Shown: positions 57,084 through 64,000 of the stretch, in pieces
Layout of the letters: every line of letters starts with the position of its first letter
How positions within the stretch are numbered: position 1 is the stretch's first letter
Sequence record: MW021758.1
Length of the DNA stretch: 64,000 nt
Reading direction: 5' to 3' (one strand)
Translations under genes and position numbers: made by a program
Notes under the pieces: generated by a model
What the model saw: the letters and a program-made list of their open reading frames with translations, nothing else
Database searches by the model: none
What the model was told of the DNA's origin: nothing

Positions 57084-57473
57084 TTACTCCTGGATACGGT
57101 AAATTGAAATGTGGCTATTGATTTTCGGCAAATCAGCGTATTTCCAAATTACCGGATGGAAGGTAGCGAAACGCTTCTGTTCCATGACAACGTACATGTT
57201 ACTACCACGGATACCGCATAAACGTTCCTCTAAGGCGAGAGGTATCGTTCCAAGTGCCACGTGGATCAGACGCTTCATCATTTCTTCGCAGCCCGTACAA
57301 GAGCTAATGAAGGCCTTAACTTCGATGAAGATCTTTTCACTGGAAACCAGGATAGTATCGCCCTTATTGCGATTCAACGCCTTAAGGATATCCAGGGAAG
57401 TTTTGAACGCCACTGCCTCAATATCAGCGAAGTTAGCTATTTCGCTGGTGTGTTTGACTTTCTTAACAGCCAT
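57084..57473 (-). CDS. Hypothetical protein
   Basis: 129 aa. Confidence 0.75.
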   Translation of the reverse strand: MAVKKVKHTSEIANFADIEAVAFKTSLDILKALNRNKGDTILVSSEKIFIEVKAFISSCTGCEEMMKRLIHVALGTIPLALEERLCGIRGSNMYVVMEQKRFATFHPVIWKYADLPKINSHISIYRIQE

Positions 57474-57486
57474 CGTGTAGCTCCAG

Positions 57487-57810
57487 TTAGGCTGACAGCA
57501 GGTTTTTCGGAGAGAGCTTGTAAGACTGAGTAACAGGCTCAGCGCTACCGATCAATACCGGACGGATTGTGATACTGTCCTGCGTTTTAGCATGGACTTC
57601 ATGCGCCGAGAACTTAACGCCTTTCCGGTTGAACGGGTCGTGCGTTTTGTTGTCAGCAATAGCCAACAGATCCAGGTCAGACTCTTTGCGAGTAGAGTCG
57701 GTAAAGAAAGCGCGGTATTCGCCATTGTTCTCTACGGAGAGGATAAAGCGATCACCAGTTTTCAGACCTTTGAAGCCCTTCGGAACAGGGATCAGTTTTA
57801 CACCTTTCAT
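57487..57810 (-). CDS. Hypothetical protein
   Basis: 107 aa. Confidence 0.75.
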   Translation of the reverse strand: MKGVKLIPVPKGFKGLKTGDRFILSVENNGEYRAFFTDSTRKESDLDLLAIADNKTHDPFNRKGVKFSAHEVHAKTQDSITIRPVLIGSAEPVTQSYKLSPKNLLSA

Positions 57811-57839
57811 TTAAAAGCCTCTTAATTCAGAAAGATTGG

Positions 57840-58190
57840 TTAGATGATAAATGCGACCAAGAACAAAGAGATCGCTACCATGAAACCGTTGATGTAGAAT
57901 AACTTGAAGTTCGGGAAACCAGACTTATCCCGGACGAGGTAGTAGAAGAAGATTGCCAGAATCCACCATGGACTAAACAGATGTTTGCGGCGGATAGCTC
58001 TTCGTAACTCCCAATAATCGATTCCCTGCGTGAACACAGCGGCCACGAGGAAGAACCCTAGGGCAAACCAGAAGTTGCCCGTTAAAACAACGTAGAACGG
58101 AAACAGGAGCGGCATAACGATTGCCATGAACAACGCCTGCACCGTATCTACGTGTAACTCACGACTCGAGTTCAGGAGTACTTTGCTCAT
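57840..58190 (-). CDS. Multi-pass membrane protein
   Basis: About four hydrophobic segments. Confidence 0.8.
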   Translation of the reverse strand: MSKVLLNSSRELHVDTVQALFMAIVMPLLFPFYVVLTGNFWFALGFFLVAAVFTQGIDYWELRRAIRRKHLFSPWWILAIFFYYLVRDKSGFPNFKLFYINGFMVAISLFLVAFII

Positions 58191-58308
58191 TCTTCTTCAC
58201 CTTACGTTTAGATGCCCAGTTAACAACGTAGTGAGTGCCGCGAATGGCCAACGTACTTGCGACTTTAATGACGACGGCCTTACCCATCGATATCAGAAAC
58301 TTTTCCAT
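58159..58308 (-). CDS. 49-aa amphipathic peptide (MEKFLISMGKAVVIKVASTLAIRG...)
   Basis: Manual translation; SD AAGGA. Confidence 0.6.
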   Translation of the reverse strand: MEKFLISMGKAVVIKVASTLAIRGTHYVVNWASKRKVKKNEQSTPELES

Positions 58309-58411
58309 CTTTCTTTTCCTTAGACGAAATCTTTTGTACCCCGCCGATTACCATATTGGCGAGAATTGAGAAGAATACAATTTTTGAAACTAATTCCAAT
58401 AGTGGCCCCAT
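58280..58411 (-). CDS. 43-aa membrane peptide (MGPLLELVSKIVFFSILANMVIGGVQKISSKEKK...)
   Basis: Manual translation; SD GGAGG. Confidence 0.65.
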   Translation of the reverse strand: MGPLLELVSKIVFFSILANMVIGGVQKISSKEKKDGKVSDIDG

Positions 58412-58489
58412 TTGGAACCTCCTGGGTTAGTTGAGGGATTTAACGAACTTGACAATACCCGAAATACCTTCTGAGTTATTCAGAGTATG

Positions 58490-58894
58490 TCATACGCCAT
58501 GTTCGTCGAAACGAATTTGTAGCGCAATGATCGGGTAGCGATTACCGCCGTTATCTTCCAGAACGACACGCATTTCTTTAATGGTGTCGCTCTTATTACT
58601 GGCAATTTTAAGCGGGATTGCCAGGCCGTTGAAATAATCCTGACGAAGATGTTTTACTCGGCGATCGATGTACCAAGGGTCGACAGGAACCTTGTAAACC
58701 ATTTTGGCTTTACGGGACTTATCCGTGTAGTCGTTAAGGATAATGTCCGGAGTTCCGCCGATCGCGTACGATAAGTTCTTAAGTTCCGCACAGGGGAACA
58801 CGAAGACTCCCAAAGTGCTGGCGAGAGATTGCCCTAGAACTGAGTCACCGAAACTAAAGTGATTTCCCTCGCCATTTACTTCGAAACTGACCAT
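58490..58894 (-). CDS. Hypothetical protein
   Basis: 134 aa. Confidence 0.75.
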   Translation of the reverse strand: MVSFEVNGEGNHFSFGDSVLGQSLASTLGVFVFPCAELKNLSYAIGGTPDIILNDYTDKSRKAKMVYKVPVDPWYIDRRVKHLRQDYFNGLAIPLKIASNKSDTIKEMRVVLEDNGGNRYPIIALQIRFDEHGV

Positions 58895-58909
58895 ATGTCT
58901 TTATCCTTA

Positions 58910-59380
58910 TTAGTAAAGGTTTTCGGAGAACAGCTCGCCTTCGCTAGATACGCGGTTGCGAATCTGACCGGCATGTAATGCGATGGTCCAAGCTTCTTCA
59001 CGAGTCCAGTAATTACGGAACTGGTCGATGAACCCCTGGTTGTCGCCATAGGCATGACCAAGATCCAAACCCAACTCCCGATAACGTTCTACGTGTTCAA
59101 CCATCAACGGATCGTAATGCCGAGCCGATGCAATGACGATCACTTCACCATTTTCCGGATAGAAGCGGTTAGCGGCGGAAACGATTCTGCGCTGATGGAC
59201 ACCGGAGTACCCTTCGTACTCTATACGCTGGATACAGACTTCAGGAAGATGGGCTAATTTACATAACCCCTTATCCAGATTTTCCTTTTCCTTATTCTCC
59301 ATGGCTCGTTTACCAAAGTCAATCGAGTACTGAAGAGATTCCTCAATTGTAGGGAACTCAAGTCCAACTTGTTCTTTCAT
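58910..59380 (-). CDS. Conserved phage protein (QGFIDQ...TREEAW..A..AGQ...LFSENLY)
   Basis: 156 aa, recurring phage motif of unknown function. Confidence 0.8.
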   Translation of the reverse strand: MKEQVGLEFPTIEESLQYSIDFGKRAMENKEKENLDKGLCKLAHLPEVCIQRIEYEGYSGVHQRRIVSAANRFYPENGEVIVIASARHYDPLMVEHVERYRELGLDLGHAYGDNQGFIDQFRNYWTREEAWTIALHAGQIRNRVSSEGELFSENLY

Positions 59381-59862
59381 TCCTTTCCGCCTTTAATAAC
59401 AGAGAATGGATTTGGACGCTCTTTGCGCTCGATACTACGCCCCATAGGGACATAGTTATTGATCTTACTGAGCTCGGAGGTCGGCACAGTTTCGCTTTTA
59501 TCCAACGCGCCCAACTCGGTGGCGGGTTCGTTATCGACCCATTGAACCGGATGAGGTAACGGGAGAATACCTAGCTCCGGGTTATTCGGCGCAGCCATGA
59601 ATGCGATATGATTCCAACTAAGGAAGTCGGTCAGAGGAACACCGCCGAAGCTGGCCTTGAAATTGATCCCGGTAGCTTCCACGCGCATCTCGGGGCAAGC
59701 ACGGCCGGAGATGTTCAGTACCAGGTAGTCTTTATTGACATACGGTAACAAACGAGGGTTTTTGATCCCCTCTTTCATAACGAACATGTGAACACGGCCA
59801 TCGCCGTTTTCTGACAGGTAAGAGTAATAAGCGTTGAAGACATATTGGTTAACACAGATCAT
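59377..59862 (-). CDS. sspB: SspB-like ClpXP adaptor
   Basis: Y..A.Y.YL..N...H, LVLNIS..A, F.ASFGGVP core; C-terminal RPNPFSVIK resembles E. coli RPALRVVK. Confidence 0.8.
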   Translation of the reverse strand: MICVNQYVFNAYYSYLSENGDGRVHMFVMKEGIKNPRLLPYVNKDYLVLNISGRACPEMRVEATGINFKASFGGVPLTDFLSWNHIAFMAAPNNPELGILPLPHPVQWVDNEPATELGALDKSETVPTSELSKINNYVPMGRSIERKERPNPFSVIKGGKE

Positions 59863-59877
59863 GACGGTTCCTTCTAA

Positions 59878-60282
59878 TTAAAGGCTGTTGAATTTACGGG
59901 CATCGAAGTAGAATTTAATCTGCTGCCACCAACTACCTTGGTTAGTGTTAATGGCGGCTTCGTAACGTACCCAGGCGGCGTTAGCATCGCGACGAATATG
60001 GCGACTATAAGTGACCAATGCGATTCTGTTCGGATCTTTCTTAATGGCGAGTAGAACCAACTCGTACAGGAAGACTTTGGACAGATACGCAATACGGCGA
60101 GCACGGATTTTATTTTTTGGGTTAGTGAATTCCTTTTCACCGAAATGAGACCAGGTAAAGCGAGACAGCTTTCCTTCTAATAAATGAAGGTAGTCTTCTC
60201 GATCTTTGTTGTCATTCAGACAATTGAATTCGGCACGAGCTTGAGCCACTAAACCAGAGAAGCTACTTTTCATTAATTTCAT
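59878..60282 (-). CDS. Hypothetical early protein
   Basis: First gene after promoter 60334. Confidence 0.8.
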   Translation of the reverse strand: MKLMKSSFSGLVAQARAEFNCLNDNKDREDYLHLLEGKLSRFTWSHFGEKEFTNPKNKIRARRIAYLSKVFLYELVLLAIKKDPNRIALVTYSRHIRRDANAAWVRYEAAINTNQGSWWQQIKFYFDARKFNSL

Positions 60283-60333
60283 CTATCGATTCCTTAAAAG
60301 TGGTTAATTAGGATTTGTATCCTATTCAAATAA

Positions 60334-60350
60334 GTAATATAGCTGTCAAA
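60334..60350 (-). promoter_or_regulatory. phiKZ-type early promoter
   Basis: Minus strand TTTGACAGCTATATTAC-TTATTTGAAT. Confidence 0.8.
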
Positions 60351-60846
60351 TAGATTCGAAATCGTACTCTGTCTTGAGAGTTTCCCAGAAACAGACTAGA
60401 GCGGAACCATTAGAAGCATCCTGAACTTTATACTCACCAATCCATGTGGGTACACCGTTATCCCAAGTTGCTTTACCAAATACGTAATAGTGCGTAAACG
60501 GGAGCTTATTCTTTTTGAATGCTTCGAGCTGCCTAGGGTAGGCTTCAATCTTAGCCCGGTTCCCTTCGTGAATGACCTTGAGGAAATTGTCATCATGAAC
60601 AGTGGCGTACTGCTGACCTTGTCGTTTGGCTTCGTAACCCCAAAGTCCTCTTAGTTCTTCGTGTTGGTATCCCGTCTTTGCAAAATACCAAAGTGCTTCC
60701 ATGGATTCGAACCGTCCCAGAGTAGGGTGTTCGAAAGGGGTTCTGCTGAAATGGGACAGGAACTTCCCGAGCATACATCTGGACTTGGAGTAGATGTTGA
60801 TGTGGGTGATTCCGTCTTGGTTGGGGTCGAGAATAATGTCTGCCAT
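60346..60846 (-). CDS. NADAR-like protein (T4 gp30.3-type)
   Basis: FLSHFSRTPF....FESMEALW..AK...LWGYEAK..G resembles the LSNF..PF...F..E....K...L.G..A...G pattern. Confidence 0.6.
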   Translation of the reverse strand: MADIILDPNQDGITHINIYSKSRCMLGKFLSHFSRTPFEHPTLGRFESMEALWYFAKTGYQHEELRGLWGYEAKRQGQQYATVHDDNFLKVIHEGNRAKIEAYPRQLEAFKKNKLPFTHYYVFGKATWDNGVPTWIGEYKVQDASNGSALVCFWETLKTEYDFESI

Positions 60847-61229
60847 AATGGTTCCTTATTAGTGTCTCTTGGACGGAAGTCTGTAAAGTAAGCAATGGCG
60901 AATATAGCCGCCAGTGCAGCGAAGTACATCGAATGCCTCCTGTCACGCATAGCCGCTAGGCGTTGCTTCTCTTTTAACTTGTACTCGGAGTCATCTATAC
61001 TTTCTAGGATAGCATTAACGTTTACCGAAGTTAGCCACTCAGCCTTAGCAATGGCTCCTTCCGATGTTCGGTGAACAACAAAGTTGGGGTTACCCATTTC
61101 ATCAACGAGTTTACCGTTCATGGAGCGACAAAGGGGTAAATCATTTATCGTCATAATTGACCCGTTTGCATTTACAACGACAAAACCTTTATCGTGAGGT
61201 TTAACGTAAAAGAATTTACCGCTGGGCAT
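60651..61229 (-). CDS. Membrane-anchored protein; C-terminus overlaps the NADAR-like gene
   Basis: Single TM (MYFAALAAIFAIAYF); 196-nt overlap. Confidence 0.65.
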   Translation of the reverse strand: MPSGKFFYVKPHDKGFVVVNANGSIMTINDLPLCRSMNGKLVDEMGNPNFVVHRTSEGAIAKAEWLTSVNVNAILESIDDSEYKLKEKQRLAAMRDRRHSMYFAALAAIFAIAYFTDFRPRDTNKEPLWQTLFSTPTKTESPTSTSTPSPDVCSGSSCPISAEPLSNTLLWDGSNPWKHFGILQRRDTNTKN

Positions 61230-61291
61230 TATAATACCTTCCGATGTAAAATAAGGTGAGAGGAATTACCCTCTCACCGCTATGACGCTTA

Positions 61292-62434
61292 TTAGCTACC
61301 GAATGTGGCGGAAAGAGGTTTCTTACCGTAGTGGCGAATGTAGATGTTGTAGATGGTAGTTTCGTCCATCGTGTTCAGGAACATCTCCACAGCGTTGCCG
61401 GTATAGCCACGGACGATCTCTTTGAAATGGGCAACAGTATAGATCATCGAACGCTGGCGGATAGTGTTATCCAGAATGCGTTTCAGTTCTTCGTAGCCGC
61501 CCAGGTCAGTCTTGACAACGTCGTTCTTTTTGGCGTCGTACAGGTCCACGGTGTGTTTGACAACGATCGCGTCAATCAGATCCGCCTTACTCATGGTTGC
61601 CGGATCAACTACCTGATTGGTGTACGAACCCAGTTTACCGATTTGTTCCGCCTGTGGATGTTCAGGAGAGATCAGTTTCTTGGCAGCCTCTACCGCGTCT
61701 TTGTAGTGACGACTGTAGATGGCCTGGACGTGTTCGCCTGGCAGTTCTTTCAGCGCCATGCGGACTTCTACACCAGGGTATTTCGCGATCAGCTTTTTGA
61801 ACTCTACCTGGATCTTACCTACCCAGCCTTCGCTCAGGAAATACTTGAACGTAGCGACCAGCTCACCGCGCGGCAGTGCCATTGCATCTTTCAATGCGTA
61901 CGGGCCTTTCTTTACCAGGGCGTCGGAGTGAAAGTCAACGATAGCGTCGATCACTTCTTCAACCGATTTGGTTGCTACGCCAGTGGAGCCGAAACCGCCT
62001 TCACCGCGCTCAGTAGTTTCACTGAACTCTTCCACTACTTTAAAGGTAGGACGAACTACCGGTACGAACATCAGCTGAGCAATACGATCACCCGGCTGGA
62101 TGCGGATTTGTTTGTCGGCGAAGTTACGGTTCCAGATAGGAGCCTGTACCTGGCCTTGGAAATCGGAGTCGATCAGACCCAGAGTGTTACCCAGGATCAC
62201 GCCTTCTTTAGAACCCAGACCAGAACGTGGCATCAGGATTGCTGCGACTTCGGCGTCGTTCAGGTGGAATGCGATACCCAGAGGAATCATCTTGACTTCA
62301 CCTGGGTTAATAACGATTTCGGTATCGACACACGCCAATACATCGATTGCTGCAGCACCGGAGGTTTTGTAGTCAGGGATTGCCCACTCGCTGGATTTAT
62401 AACGCGGGTCGATCAGTTTGAGTTCTACGTTCAC
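61292..62434 (-). CDS. dut: dUTPase with about 230-aa C-terminal extension
   Basis: All five motifs present (AAIDV, PRSG, GLIDSDFQG, RIAQL, RGEGGFGSTG); GTG start at 62434 behind AAGGA; the track start lies in the upstream terminator. Confidence 0.93.
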   Translation of the reverse strand: MNVELKLIDPRYKSSEWAIPDYKTSGAAAIDVLACVDTEIVINPGEVKMIPLGIAFHLNDAEVAAILMPRSGLGSKEGVILGNTLGLIDSDFQGQVQAPIWNRNFADKQIRIQPGDRIAQLMFVPVVRPTFKVVEEFSETTERGEGGFGSTGVATKSVEEVIDAIVDFHSDALVKKGPYALKDAMALPRGELVATFKYFLSEGWVGKIQVEFKKLIAKYPGVEVRMALKELPGEHVQAIYSRHYKDAVEAAKKLISPEHPQAEQIGKLGSYTNQVVDPATMSKADLIDAIVVKHTVDLYDAKKNDVVKTDLGGYEELKRILDNTIRQRSMIYTVAHFKEIVRGYTGNAVEMFLNTMDETTIYNIYIRHYGKKPLSATFGS

Positions 62435-62591
62435 AGGTGTTTCCTTCAATGGGGTTAATTTGAGTACTTCTTCAAATAATTCCAAAGAGGCGTAAAAAAA
62501 GGAGGAGAGCCGAAGCTCTCCTCCCAATATGGATTAACCATCAGAACTCAAAAACGTTTACGAAGCATCGATGTTACAGACGCTCATATAA

Positions 62592-63998
62592 TCACTGTTG
62601 AGCTCGTTGGCTCGAGGTGTAGATGAACTTGTACGGATCACTCAATCCATACTGGCCCATCTTACCTACCGGGGTATCGTACAGGTAGATGTTACCGTTA
62701 CCGATAGACGCTAAGGTAAATGCACCATCGCGCTGAGTCAGTTTAGACGAGAACACCAACGTCATCGCCCGACCGTAACGACTCGTATCCGGGTGACCTG
62801 AAGTAATCAGTGCACCGTTCAATACATCGTTAATCGTACTTTGACCCACAGTCAACGAGTAGTTGGCTGTTGCGGTATTTGTACCATAATCCAGGATAGG
62901 GCGACCGAAGCAGTTGGAGTAGACGTTCTTACAACGTGTACCGACTGTACCGGCGATAGCTAGCGTCGTTGAGCCCATGAATGGATCGATAGTACCATTC
63001 CACTCAAAGGTGTTACTTGACTCACTGAAGCGGGACTTGATGCCCAGACCAGGAGACTGACGATCCAGATCGTAGTAGGTTGCGTTACTGGCGTTAGCCG
63101 TGAACTTACAACCTTCAGTCTGAACAGTCGAACCGTAACCACTTAAACCGCGACCCGCTGAGTTTTTAAACTCGCAGTTCACTGCGTAGAAGTTAGGAAC
63201 TTTGTCAACACTGGTCGCTTCAACTACTACGCCGTTGATACTATCGACGATGATCAGGTTCTCCAGGTAAACCTGTGAGTTACCTTTTACACTGATCACT
63301 GGGTTGGCTGAGATAACAACCAACTTATTATCCGGTGCACGATCATCCAACGTATGGACGTAGACCTTCCCTTCTTCGAGGTAGTAGCTACCTTTAGTTG
63401 TGGCTGCAGCACTAATGGATGCTACGGCAGTCAACTGAGTAGCACGGCCAGACGTACCAGCTGCGATGTAGTCAGCAACACCGCCCACTTTATCAGTCAG
63501 GGTTGCAACGTATACATTGTCTTGCCCTGGTGACTTAGTCCACGCACTTACCTTACATGCACCGCTCAGGGTGACCTTGTTCGTACCGGAAGTAACGATA
63601 TCCAGTGAACGGTCTTCGATTGGTGCACTTGGGCCTTCTCCGCTCTTGAACGAAGAACCGTCTTTGATGACGATAGTCCGTGCCAGCGGGGTACGAGTGA
63701 TCGCTGCGTTGAAGCTCTTGTACGGGGACTGTTCGGTACCCTGGCCGTTCAGGTCATTACCGTTTACAGAGTCGACGTAGTAGACAACACCAGAACGTGC
63801 CCGTTTAACTTTAATCGAATAGTTCGGATTGAAGTCTGGGCCGTTATCGTCGAACGTCGCTTTGATCTGTGCCAGGTTCCCGATTGTTTCGAAGATCGGT
63901 GGTAACTGAGGAGAGATACGAAGCAACTTACCATTACGGTCGTAGCTAGTCTCATCGCTCGGGCCAACAACTTCTAACAGGGAACCCTCACGGAAGCG
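62592..63998 (-). CDS. Beta-helix (tailspike-like) protein, 5' truncated by the window edge
   Basis: YYVDSVNGND..GT..SPYKSF.AA entry motif followed by beta-helix repeats; frame is open up to the right edge. Confidence 0.7.
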   Translation of the reverse strand, partial: RFREGSLLEVVGPSDETSYDRNGKLLRISPQLPPIFETIGNLAQIKATFDDNGPDFNPNYSIKVKRARSGVVYYVDSVNGNDLNGQGTEQSPYKSFNAAITRTPLARTIVIKDGSSFKSGEGPSAPIEDRSLDIVTSGTNKVTLSGACKVSAWTKSPGQDNVYVATLTDKVGGVADYIAAGTSGRATQLTAVASISAAATTKGSYYLEEGKVYVHTLDDRAPDNKLVVISANPVISVKGNSQVYLENLIIVDSINGVVVEATSVDKVPNFYAVNCEFKNSAGRGLSGYGSTVQTEGCKFTANASNATYYDLDRQSPGLGIKSRFSESSNTFEWNGTIDPFMGSTTLAIAGTVGTRCKNVYSNCFGRPILDYGTNTATANYSLTVGQSTINDVLNGALITSGHPDTSRYGRAMTLVFSSKLTQRDGAFTLASIGNGNIYLYDTPVGKMGQYGLSDPYKFIYTSSQRAQQ

Positions 63999-64000
63999 AA

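Noticed and set aside
61331-62458. 375-aa plus-strand ORF
   Set aside because: Antisense shadow of the codon-biased dUTPase gene; no SD or recognisable motifs

Overview
A 64 kb slice of a large lytic dsDNA phage genome, most consistent with a phiKZ-related (Chimalliviridae-like) jumbo phage of enterobacteria. Support: about ten copies of a phiKZ-type early promoter motif (TATAT[T/C/A]AC), a phiKZ-style internal head protein with S-x-E cleavage motifs, and a dense array of small genes separated by hairpin terminators. Nearly all genes are on the minus strand. One plus-strand island (14695-20889) holds a conserved phage membrane protein, two paralogous tailspikes and a virion protein. Recognisable genes: DHH phosphoesterase, NAD-dependent DNA ligase, thymidine kinase, PhoH, DHFR, ThyA, dUTPase (long C-terminal fusion), MESH1-like alarmone hydrolase, BCS1-like AAA ATPase, SspB adaptor, NADAR-like and ART-like proteins, and a third beta-helix protein cut by the right edge. 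The best leads are: (1) a five-member family of secreted proteins, four sharing an exact C-x15-Y-x4-[YF]-x-C signature; (2) a free-standing protein ending in an RNR-alpha-like redox tail; (3) a 38-aa acidic peptide with its own promoter and terminator, missed by the ORF track; (4) a bipartite promoter subtype, including an exact 39-bp repeat 22 kb apart, that drives membrane-protein genes; (5) three dispersed prohead-protease-like mini-domains; (6) an in-frame amber codon interrupting an HTH-like motif. No tRNA, rRNA, CRISPR array, integrase or transposase was recognised. All homology calls come from motif recognition by eye; no searches were run.
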